Shown piece by piece: positions 28,124 through 34,785 of a stretch of DNA of 42,403 bases (positions are counted from its first letter, which is position 1; every line of letters begins with the position of its first letter). The notes beneath the pieces are model-generated. The model was given only the letters and a program-made list of their open reading frames with translations, was not told the origin of the DNA and searched no databases. This DNA comes from a virus (taxonomy: Duplodnaviria; Caudoviricetes), in IMG/VR virus record IMGVR_UViG_3300046786_000606, positions 1 through 42,403 of that record; one strand, written 5' to 3'. Made by a program: the position numbers and the translations under genes.

Positions 28124-28151
28124 AGGGGGAGACTTGCTCTCCCCTTTTTTT
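28124..28151 (+). terminator. Rho-independent terminator
   Basis: GGGGAGA-loop-TCTCCCC followed by T7. Confidence 0.85.
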
Positions 28152-28360
28152 GTGATATACTTATATTGGTTTCTTCGCTGTTATCCATAACTTCACCCAT
28201 TCGTGGGTGATTTTATGTTAAACTGTACTAGGGGATAAGCCCCATAAGGTTAATATAGAAAAACGCCCTGTGCAGTATGTCGTAATTCTGCCATTATCGT
28301 CTGGGCGTTTTTTCGTTCAATGTATGGTATAATATGGGATATCAGTTAACAAATAATTAT

Positions 28361-28549
28361 ATGTCATATTCAAAGACATTCGCATTTCTTTTAGTAACCA
28401 TTCTCGGTTATCTTAATGTTGGATATTTTGTAACAGAGTCAGAGGCGGCTCTAGTATTTGATAACATACTTCAAATTGTCGGTATCGTTGGTGCAATCTG
28501 GGGACGTTACAAAGTTGGAGACGTTACAGCTCTAGGCTTCAAGAAATAA
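28361..28549 (+). CDS. Holin (putative, two TM helices)
   Basis: Small hydrophobic protein ending IWGRYKVGDVTALGFKK, near endolysin; own TGGTATAAT promoter at 28325-28333. Confidence 0.65.
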   Translation: MSYSKTFAFLLVTILGYLNVGYFVTESEAALVFDNILQIVGIVGAIWGRYKVGDVTALGFKK

Positions 28550-28576
28550 TCGTGTTATAATATATACGGACAAATT

Positions 28577-28600
28577 ACCCCTATCCTCTAGGGGTTTTTT
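28577..28600 (+). terminator. Rho-independent terminator
   Basis: ACCCCTA-TCCTC-TAGGGGT plus T-run. Confidence 0.8.
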
Positions 28601-28635
28601 GATATATAATATACAGGTCAGGCGGTTCGTAAAAT

Positions 28636-28667
28636 AAAAGCCACTAGTTTTGCTTCTAGTGGTTTTT
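28636..28667. terminator. Bidirectional terminator at convergence of the two genome arms
   Basis: AAAAGCCACTAG-loop-CTAGTGGTTTTT. Confidence 0.85.
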
Positions 28668-28875
28668 ATCTATTAACTAATCTTTTACGTCTATACTTTT
28701 CAAGTACTACTCGATGAAATATTTTTATTGTCCTATCACTTGGTATAAGTATCGGTATCCACATACCACCACTCCTCATAGCTATAAAAAGTTCACCGTC
28801 AATTACAATTACATCTTTGATGGTTCTACCACCTCTTGAGTTAAGCCATAGTTGTTGTAAGTATGTGAGGGTCAT
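28666..28875 (-). CDS. Hypothetical protein
   Basis: Tightly packed - strand operon. Confidence 0.65.
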   Translation of the reverse strand: MTLTYLQQLWLNSRGGRTIKDVIVIDGELFIAMRSGGMWIPILIPSDRTIKIFHRVVLEKYRRKRLVNR

Positions 28876-29123
28876 TAGTACATTTTAATTAAAGTCACAA
28901 TTCCACCTAAGACGAACCATAGAATAAGTCCACCAATTAAGAAGCTTACCCCACCTAATACACCACTCCAGAATACATGCCACCCCTCATTATTACTTCC
29001 AAAGGTGTCGAGGTCTCTTTTAACACACTTTGCACACCTGCCATCATCATAGTGGTTAGTCATTTGCCCACATACTTTGCAGTAGCCTAGTTCATATTCT
29101 GGTTCTCTGGTTTGTTTGGTCAT
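28875..29123 (-). CDS. Zn-ribbon plus TM small protein
   Basis: YCKVCGQMTNH...CAKC then hydrophobic helix. Confidence 0.7.
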   Translation of the reverse strand: MTKQTREPEYELGYCKVCGQMTNHYDDGRCAKCVKRDLDTFGSNNEGWHVFWSGVLGGVSFLIGGLILWFVLGGIVTLIKMY

Positions 29124-29125
29124 AT

Positions 29126-29284
29126 TTATTTCAATAAATTAATAATAATTCCAAAATCCGTTAATATGGAAGTACAAATACAAAACAAGTAAGTTAGTAC
29201 AGTTATAGATGATACGGAAGCCTTGTTTTCTTTAGACTTGCGATAACTCTCTTCCCATAAATATAAAGTTATTGTTGTTATCAT
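29126..29284 (-). CDS. Small membrane protein (start 29284 preferred)
   Basis: ATG after preceding stop; hydrophobic C-terminus. Confidence 0.5.
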   Translation of the reverse strand: MITTITLYLWEESYRKSKENKASVSSITVLTYLFCICTSILTDFGIIINLLK

Positions 29285-29288
29285 ATTA

Positions 29289-29420
29289 TTATTTTGTAGC
29301 TCCATGTAATGTCCATCCACCAATAATTGCTAACGCACAACCTTCCCCTATAAAATGATATCCAACTGCCACTATTAACGCACCTATCAAAATAATTGTC
29401 ATATCTATGATGTATTTCAT
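29289..29420 (-). CDS. Small membrane protein MKYIIDMTIILIGALIVAVG... (43 aa, not in ORF track)
   Basis: Fills operon gap; two hydrophobic segments. Confidence 0.55.
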   Translation of the reverse strand: MKYIIDMTIILIGALIVAVGYHFIGEGCALAIIGGWTLHGATK

Positions 29421-29421
29421 A

Positions 29422-29718
29422 TTATTTAATTACAGTTACAGGAAAAGTATACCCATATCCAAATCCACTGTGTACACATTTACCGTTTCTCAGTATAGGG
29501 TTAGCGTACCCTGGACATAATTGCTTTGTTATTACTTTAATATCGTCTTCTAGCCAAACAACTTTATTAGACAACTCATTGACTTGATTATAAGTCTTGA
29601 CTACATGCATAACTCCGTCAACAGCCCACGTTGCTATAACACACAACCCGATAAGCGCCAAAATTACTATTAGCCCGTTGATGATATTTTCACCTATTGT
29701 TGATTTATTCTTTTTCAT
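29422..29718 (-). CDS. Membrane-anchored hypothetical protein
   Basis: MKKNK start, TM helix, short coiled coil. Confidence 0.65.
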   Translation of the reverse strand: MKKNKSTIGENIINGLIVILALIGLCVIATWAVDGVMHVVKTYNQVNELSNKVVWLEDDIKVITKQLCPGYANPILRNGKCVHSGFGYGYTFPVTVIK

Positions 29719-29719
29719 A

Positions 29720-29905
29720 TTATTTATAAACCTGTACCCATTTAGGGTCATTACTACACTCTACTGATAAAAGATACTCTTGCTTACCGCATACTGAACA
29801 CTCTCTGCCTACTTCGACAATAAAACTATTATATTTAGGGTTAAGTGTTCTTGAAGTGTACTTTGTATATTTATGAAAGAGGTGAAACATGTTATATTTG
29901 CTCAT
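29720..29905 (-). CDS. Small hypothetical protein (HKY...RECSVCGK)
   Basis: His/Cys motif common in small phage ORFs. Confidence 0.65.
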   Translation of the reverse strand: MSKYNMFHLFHKYTKYTSRTLNPKYNSFIVEVGRECSVCGKQEYLLSVECSNDPKWVQVYK

Positions 29906-30092
29906 TATATTTTTTAATAAATTCTCTTGCTTCTTTCTCGCTCTTGAACTTCAATCTTGTGGGCGGAGGCGTGACGATCTGGATCTGTAGCTCGCCGTTC
30001 TTTTCCACATAGAAGGCGTACTGTGTGGGTATCTTCTTGTATACGATAGGGTAGGTCATATTAGTATCTGTTGAAATTATTATCTCGTTCAC
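29892..30092 (-). CDS. Hypothetical protein
   Basis: Operon packing; FKSEKEAREFI motif. Confidence 0.6.
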   Translation of the reverse strand: MNEIIISTDTNMTYPIVYKKIPTQYAFYVEKNGELQIQIVTPPPTRLKFKSEKEAREFIKKYNEQI

Positions 30093-30333
30093 TTTTTGCT
30101 ATTGTAAATGGTAGCTTTGCAGTATCAGGGTTAATTTCCCATCTGATAATTTCTAACAGGTTTTTGACTTGGTACTGCAAAGCATCGTTTTCCTTTTCAA
30201 GTCTATCAAGCTGACTAAAATTTTTAATTTTCTGCTCCTCCTCTAGTTTTGAATATTTTTGATACCACTTTGAAGCCTCGTCTCTAGCCATTTGTAATTC
30301 TTGTTGAAAGTTTTTTATTGTTGATTTTTTCAT
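30061..30333 (-). CDS. Coiled-coil hypothetical protein
   Basis: ORF with AT-rich start. Confidence 0.7.
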   Translation of the reverse strand: MKKSTIKNFQQELQMARDEASKWYQKYSKLEEEQKIKNFSQLDRLEKENDALQYQVKNLLEIIRWEINPDTAKLPFTIAKSERDNNFNRY

Positions 30334-30500
30334 ATAATATTATTTAATTCTAAATGTTCGTAATGTATACCTCGATTAAGTCTCGACAAGACTATATCTT
30401 TCTCACTCCTAAACACGTTCTCTGCTTCACTTTCCTCGTATGGTTCTAACTCACTCTTGGGTTCATCTTCATCCCACTCACGTTCTATATCGTTTGACAT
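30330..30500 (-). CDS. Acidic small protein MSNDIEREWDEDEPKSELEPYEESEAE... (56 aa, not in ORF track)
   Basis: ATG 30500, stop overlaps next ATG (ATGA). Confidence 0.6.
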   Translation of the reverse strand: MSNDIEREWDEDEPKSELEPYEESEAENVFRSEKDIVLSRLNRGIHYEHLELNNII

Positions 30501-30508
30501 ATTGTTTG

Positions 30509-30569
30509 TACCGACTGTCTTCTAATTAACCTAGTCAGAAATTTAGAAGACATGCGGTAAACTAGGTTA
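30509..30569 (-). ncRNA. Predicted pseudoknotted cis-element
   Basis: Stems 30516-25/30543-52 (10 bp), 30509-13/30555-59 (5 bp) and crossing 30527-35/30561-69 (9 bp). Confidence 0.6.
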
Positions 30570-30576
30570 GTAATTT

Positions 30577-30690
30577 TTAATACCCGTTCCCGTACCCGTT
30601 CCCGTTCCCGTACCAGTTCCCGTTCCCGTCCCCGTACCCGTACCCGTAAGTAGATTGACTTTCGTCTCCAATTAGAATAATTTTGACCAT
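30577..30690 (-). CDS. Gly-Tyr/Asn repeat peptide MVKIILIGDESQSTYGYGYGDGNGNWYGNGNGYGNGY (not in ORF track)
   Basis: Manual translation; hexamer GGG(T/A/G)AC repeat; overlaps 3' end of upstream gene. Confidence 0.7.
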   Translation of the reverse strand: MVKIILIGDESQSTYGYGYGDGNGNWYGNGNGYGNGY

Positions 30691-30920
30691 GCTTTTTTGT
30701 CACAATCTATTGTTGCAATGATTGTCAACTCATGGAATGAGACATCGTTAACGTTATCTAATTTTGTTGAAGAAGTCGGACCACCTTCTGCAATTTCCCC
30801 AAGTCCTTTTGTTGTACCCCATGTTCTAATGTTTTTTGAATTTGTTAATGTACAACGTGAGCCAACTTGACTAAATTTTCCAACAAACACCCAGCCTCTT
30901 TGCAAGATTACTATTTTAAT
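30672..30920 (-). CDS. Conserved small phage protein (IKIVILQRGWVFVG...IRTWGTTKGLGEIAEGGP; DUF6948-like), start codon uncertain
   Basis: Recognisable family motif typically followed by GYG-repeat ORF; no in-frame ATG. Confidence 0.65.
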   Translation of the reverse strand: MKIVILQRGWVFVGKFSQVGSRCTLTNSKNIRTWGTTKGLGEIAEGGPTSSTKLDNVNDVSFHELTIIATIDCDKKAWSKLF

Positions 30921-30971
30921 ATCACTACCGTGATTAAAAGTTTCCTCTTAATTTTACTTATTTTAATAATT

Positions 30972-31230
30972 TGAGATTCACTGAAAGGGGTGGGGAGATT
31001 AACGGATCGATAAGCTCTGACATGTCTCTCTTTGCATTTGCTGCATATTCAGCAATAGCTAGGATACTCTTCAACGTTACACCATACCCACTACCTACCT
31101 CCCGAACGTCACATCACCCCTTTTCAATGAACCTCATAAGTAGTCTCACTAACTAGGTAACGTGTAGACGAGTCCTATCGAGAACAAGTATACCGTCCCT
31201 AGTCTGTGTCCTACGAAGCTTGTTTGCTCT
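30972..31230 (-). ncRNA. Putative structured RNA carrying a 54-nt capsid-gene copy
   Basis: Upstream promoter; closing stem 31115-31136/30972-30992 whose two non-Watson-Crick pairs are G-U on the - strand; capsid copy 31006-31059. Confidence 0.7.
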
Positions 31231-31236
31231 GTGATC

Positions 31237-31264
31237 ATTATACTATGTACAAACGGCTAGTCAA
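31237..31264 (-). promoter_or_regulatory. Promoter TTGACT-16-TATAAT
   Basis: Near-consensus hexamers; TTATCCCCAC just upstream. Confidence 0.75.
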
Positions 31265-31281
31265 CAGGTGGTGGGGATAAG

Positions 31282-31375
31282 TGAAAGAGAAGAGGGGATA
31301 TTCAATCATTAAGGGCTATGTTCTAGGGAGCTGATGTCCTAGATACGATTGAGCCTTACCCCCGCTTCCCTTTCA
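31282..31375 (-). ncRNA. Second putative structured RNA
   Basis: Outer stem 31282-31297/31360-31375, inner TCAATC/GATTGA and TCTAGG/CCTAGA. Confidence 0.5.
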
Positions 31376-31396
31376 ATTTATTATAAACGAACTTAA

Positions 31397-31636
31397 CTAT
31401 TCAATTACTACCTCCGCACCATCTTTGAATAATCTATCCCTGTGTATTCCGTATTCAGTATAATCATCTTGTTCAATTGCTTCTGCTTGCTCGTATGCAT
31501 CTTCAAACGTATCACACTCAAGCCCTTGAGCTTTTGGTAAAATATTAACTTCATCCCAACTCTCGGCATTGACGTTTGAGAAGACTAGGTACTTTCCTTT
31601 GTGCTTTTTTATAAGTGTTTGGTTATTGGCTGACAT
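31397..31636 (-). CDS. Hypothetical protein (YTEYGI motif)
   Basis: Acidic ORF with AT-rich start. Confidence 0.7.
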   Translation of the reverse strand: MSANNQTLIKKHKGKYLVFSNVNAESWDEVNILPKAQGLECDTFEDAYEQAEAIEQDDYTEYGIHRDRLFKDGAEVVIE

Positions 31637-31680
31637 TTTATTTATCTATTATCTTAATAAATATCAAAGCGAATAATCTA

Positions 31681-31818
31681 TCAATTAGTTTTTTTAGCAT
31701 TTTTAGATTCCAATGATCGTTTATTCATCAGTTGATAATGTTCCCTAGAATAGGGATGTACCTTTCGTGCTTTCTTACCTAGCTTACTCATGTATTTTGA
31801 TATGTCTTTTTGGTTCAT
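31681..31818 (-). CDS. Small basic protein MNQKDISKYMSKLGKKARKVHPYSREHYQ... (45 aa, not in ORF track)
   Basis: ATGA-coupled to resolvase; KGG-repeat-like; candidate nucleic-acid binder. Confidence 0.6.
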   Translation of the reverse strand: MNQKDISKYMSKLGKKARKVHPYSREHYQLMNKRSLESKNAKKTN

Positions 31819-32213
31819 AGTTCTATTGTTAAGTTACTTATTAAACGTCCTCTTGCTTCACTCAAAGACCTCCGCTTTGATCGCTTACTCTCTAGTTGCC
31901 AAGTCTCGGGGTCGATTAAGACGAAGCAGCGTGGGTACTTTATAACGATAAATGCTGGACAATTCTTAAAAGCAATTGAATCAAATGGTTTCTGTCCATA
32001 ACTAGAATCATCTATCTTATATACTAAACCATTGCCTTTTACAGCTAGTAGCGCATCAATTTGATGATCCTTTACTTCTGCAAATGGTATAGAATTGGAA
32101 CCACGAGAATCTTTGAGTTCGAAAGCACCTGCAAAAAAATCTTTCTTCTTCAAAAAAACATCTTTCATATAATGATTAAATAATGTTTGAAATTTTTGTT
32201 CTCGTTTATTCAT
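31815..32213 (-). CDS. Holliday junction resolvase-like PD-(D/E)XK nuclease (RecU-like)
   Basis: E..FQ, FELK, VKDHQIDAL, KIDD...KPFD motifs (motif order permuted relative to RecU). Confidence 0.6.
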   Translation of the reverse strand: MNKREQKFQTLFNHYMKDVFLKKKDFFAGAFELKDSRGSNSIPFAEVKDHQIDALLAVKGNGLVYKIDDSSYGQKPFDSIAFKNCPAFIVIKYPRCFVLIDPETWQLESKRSKRRSLSEARGRLISNLTIEL

Positions 32214-32869
32214 TGTATTTTTTTCCAACCAAAATTATCTGTTTCTTTATGACACTCCAAGCATAATGTAATCCCATTACTGATCTCAAATCTAAGTTCA
32301 GGATATCTACTAAATTCTTTAATATGATGAGCTTGTAAATATCCACCATTTGTATTACATTTTTGACAAGTGTAGTTATCTCTTTCAAAAACTTTAATCC
32401 TCCATTGCTTATATTCAGATGAGGATCTGATTTTACAATGTAATGGAGTTACCCCTCCACGCCAGAAAGAACTTTTACTACCAGTAAGAGCTAAAGATAT
32501 ACGTTTCTTTTGTTCCGGAGTTCTCTTTTTCCCTATACATTTTTGGTGAGTAATTTTTAATGCTTCATAATTAATTGGTCTTCGTTTAATTATCTCTGAT
32601 TGTCTTTTCCTTTGTTCCGGTGTCCAAGGGATTTTATTACGAGCAATAAGGGCATCAATTACTTTCTTTGTTTTTGGAGGTTGATTCAGAGCAATTTTTC
32701 TTTTTGTTGCTTCACTGTGTTTTTTCCCTAACCATGAAGGCGGCCTATTGCCAATATCACGCTGAGTTTTGCTCATCTTCTTTTTTGTCTCTATTGAATG
32801 GTGACTACCTAAAGGCATTGCCATAATAGAAGTATACATCTTTTGATATCCAAAGTCTAGCATCTTCAT
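32210..32869 (-). CDS. NUMOD3/HNH homing endonuclease (start may be 32824)
   Basis: Repeated HS.ETK.K motifs, WRGG, VFERDNYTCQKC, QAHHIK, YPELRFEISNGITLCLECH. Confidence 0.92.
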   Translation of the reverse strand: MKMLDFGYQKMYTSIMAMPLGSHHSIETKKKMSKTQRDIGNRPPSWLGKKHSEATKRKIALNQPPKTKKVIDALIARNKIPWTPEQRKRQSEIIKRRPINYEALKITHQKCIGKKRTPEQKKRISLALTGSKSSFWRGGVTPLHCKIRSSSEYKQWRIKVFERDNYTCQKCNTNGGYLQAHHIKEFSRYPELRFEISNGITLCLECHKETDNFGWKKIQ

Positions 32870-34056
32870 TTGAATAATTCAATCTTAAAATCTTCCTTTC
32901 TTTTAACTGCATCATACACTCCTTGATCTATCGATTTGCCTTCCGTGAGGAGATAGATGAAGGTTGTTCGCGACGGCTTGTTCATCCGGAGAAAGCGCCC
33001 GTTCATTTGCTCCCACGCTGTGTACGAATAACTCATAGAGGCGTATACACACACTGGGAATGACGGAAGCTCAAATCCGATACCGCAGTCTGCTTGGATT
33101 AGGACAACAGCTCTAGTATTCTGTTCTGCTCTTTGACAGACAGAATCGCGGTCCTTGACATCGCCCCTAATAATAAGAGGATTATACGTTCGAAGTTCTT
33201 TTGCGAGATAGTCAATTTGGGCGTTGTATCTACACACGATAGCGACCTTGGTGTTCTCTTCGCAGATTGCTTTGATCCTTTCAATTTTATCTGTTTCATA
33301 TGTTTGTGGTTGTCTAAATTCATTACCTATTAAAATTCCATTCTCTATCTCATTTTGCAGAGTATATCTAACAATCGGAAGAGGATCATAATTCTCCTTT
33401 ATAGCTTTTTCTTGTTCTTTAGTTAGAGCAAAATACTCAGGTTCCAAATGGTTTTGTAGAGGAACGTCAATAACGTCGGTAATATTTACCACACTTGCGA
33501 ATTTCTTGGTAAGTTCTGCCAGTTTTGCCTCGCATCCCTTTTTCGGTACAGGGACAATTCTGGGACCAAATCGCACCTCATTAAAGAAGGTGTGCTTGAA
33601 CTTTAGCCAGTCAAACTTAAGACCGCAATAGAAGGCGAGGTTATAAATGTTCCAAGGGCTTGAGGTGTAGACTGTGGCTGATAGGAGTAGGACACGCTGA
33701 ACTTTGTGAATCTTAATGTAGTCACGCAAGGCCTTGGACATCTGAGACTTGAAATGAGGGGTGAGGAAGCCGTTGTGGACCTCATCTACAATGATCTGAC
33801 CATAAGCTTCTAGTGATTTATAATCTCTACGAAACTCCTCTTTAGTGAGAATCGTTGTTTGTAGAACATTGCCCCATTTTTTACACTCTCTGTTCCAATT
33901 GGCTTTTAGTGCCTTTGGACAGATTATCAAAGTTGAGTCGTCAATCGTTTGTGACCAATTGATTGCGGTACGGGTCTTGCCTGTTCCACACGACCAGACA
34001 AGGGCGGACTTGTCGGGGTTTTTTATAAGGAATTCTTTTTGGTGTTTGTATAACAT
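32866..34056 (-). CDS. SF2 (SNF2-like) helicase
   Basis: LYKHQ, GTGKT, IVDEVH, LSAT, QMNGRFLR. Confidence 0.9.
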   Translation of the reverse strand: MLYKHQKEFLIKNPDKSALVWSCGTGKTRTAINWSQTIDDSTLIICPKALKANWNRECKKWGNVLQTTILTKEEFRRDYKSLEAYGQIIVDEVHNGFLTPHFKSQMSKALRDYIKIHKVQRVLLLSATVYTSSPWNIYNLAFYCGLKFDWLKFKHTFFNEVRFGPRIVPVPKKGCEAKLAELTKKFASVVNITDVIDVPLQNHLEPEYFALTKEQEKAIKENYDPLPIVRYTLQNEIENGILIGNEFRQPQTYETDKIERIKAICEENTKVAIVCRYNAQIDYLAKELRTYNPLIIRGDVKDRDSVCQRAEQNTRAVVLIQADCGIGFELPSFPVCVYASMSYSYTAWEQMNGRFLRMNKPSRTTFIYLLTEGKSIDQGVYDAVKRKEDFKIELFK

Positions 34057-34101
34057 ATTCTATATTGCCCTCTAGGCGGACTAGAAGGCAATGAGACTAG
34101 A

Positions 34102-34785
34102 TTATTCTTCTAGTGCCTTGTTTGCTTCCTCGACCATAGCATCGAAATCTTCATCTGCTGATGATGTCGACACGTTTGCTTTTTCTAACTTCAATTTCTC
34201 CGTTATCGTTTCAACGAGGAACTCTCGTACTTCTCCAAAGTACAGCTTCCACTGATCCTTGGTAAAGTCCTTTACGGTCTTACCTTTCTTTGGCTTTGGT
34301 TCAGGATAACCATTGATATTTTTCTCTTCTTTGGCGTCGTAGAAGTAATTCTGAATCTTCTCGTTCTTGCCTGTCTTCGGGTTGTTCTGCCAGATTGTCA
34401 TACCCCTTCTTTGTTTACCCTTATCATCTGTAAATGCAAATGGGACAATCTTTACTGTCTTCTCAAGATTTATATTGAGAACCTTCTTCATAAAGTCCTC
34501 CCCGTAGTTACTTGCTGTGCCTAATGCCAATACGACTGGATCTGTCTTACCATCATCTACGGTCACCAATAATTGGGTGCCATAGTCTCCGTCACGGAAT
34601 GATAGGTTAGTTATCTTGCCTATAACATTTGTGTAAACGATCTCTGTCTTCTGACCTTCGAGGCCATCAGAAGTCTTGAACTTTCTTATAGTTGCCCCTT
34701 CGGTACCCTCTGGAACAGTAATGTGAATCTTGCCGTCTGATAGAACTGATGCGTACGTTTTATTATCTTGTGATTTGTTTAACAT
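34102..34785 (-). CDS. Putative single-stranded DNA-binding protein
   Basis: OB-like beta pattern (GKITNLSFRDGDYG), acidic C-terminus, position in replication module. Confidence 0.5.
   Translation of the reverse strand: MLNKSQDNKTYASVLSDGKIHITVPEGTEGATIRKFKTSDGLEGQKTEIVYTNVIGKITNLSFRDGDYGTQLLVTVDDGKTDPVVLALGTASNYGEDFMKKVLNINLEKTVKIVPFAFTDDKGKQRRGMTIWQNNPKTGKNEKIQNYFYDAKEEKNINGYPEPKPKKGKTVKDFTKDQWKLYFGEVREFLVETITEKLKLEKANVSTSSADEDFDAMVEEANKALEE

Noticed and set aside
30485-30703. ORF-track protein with RVRERE repeats
   Set aside because: Alternate frame of the hexamer repeat; the GYG frame has an ATG and fits the neighbouring gene family, and this ORF would run over the pseudoknot
31006-31059. 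DGR template repeat/variable repeat pair with capsid gene
   Set aside because: Copies are 100% identical (no adenine-specific mismatches), short, not at a gene 3' end, and no reverse transcriptase is encoded
31006-31059. Mini-CRISPR spacer
   Set aside because: Flanked by inverted, not direct, repeats; no array or cas operon seen
9378-31059. Programmed inversion between the 54-bp inverted copies
   Set aside because: No site-specific recombinase recognised and inversion would split the capsid gene; cannot be fully excluded without reads
30971-31156. + strand 61-aa ORF
   Set aside because: Opposes local transcription, TTG start, consists of antisense capsid copy and stem arms
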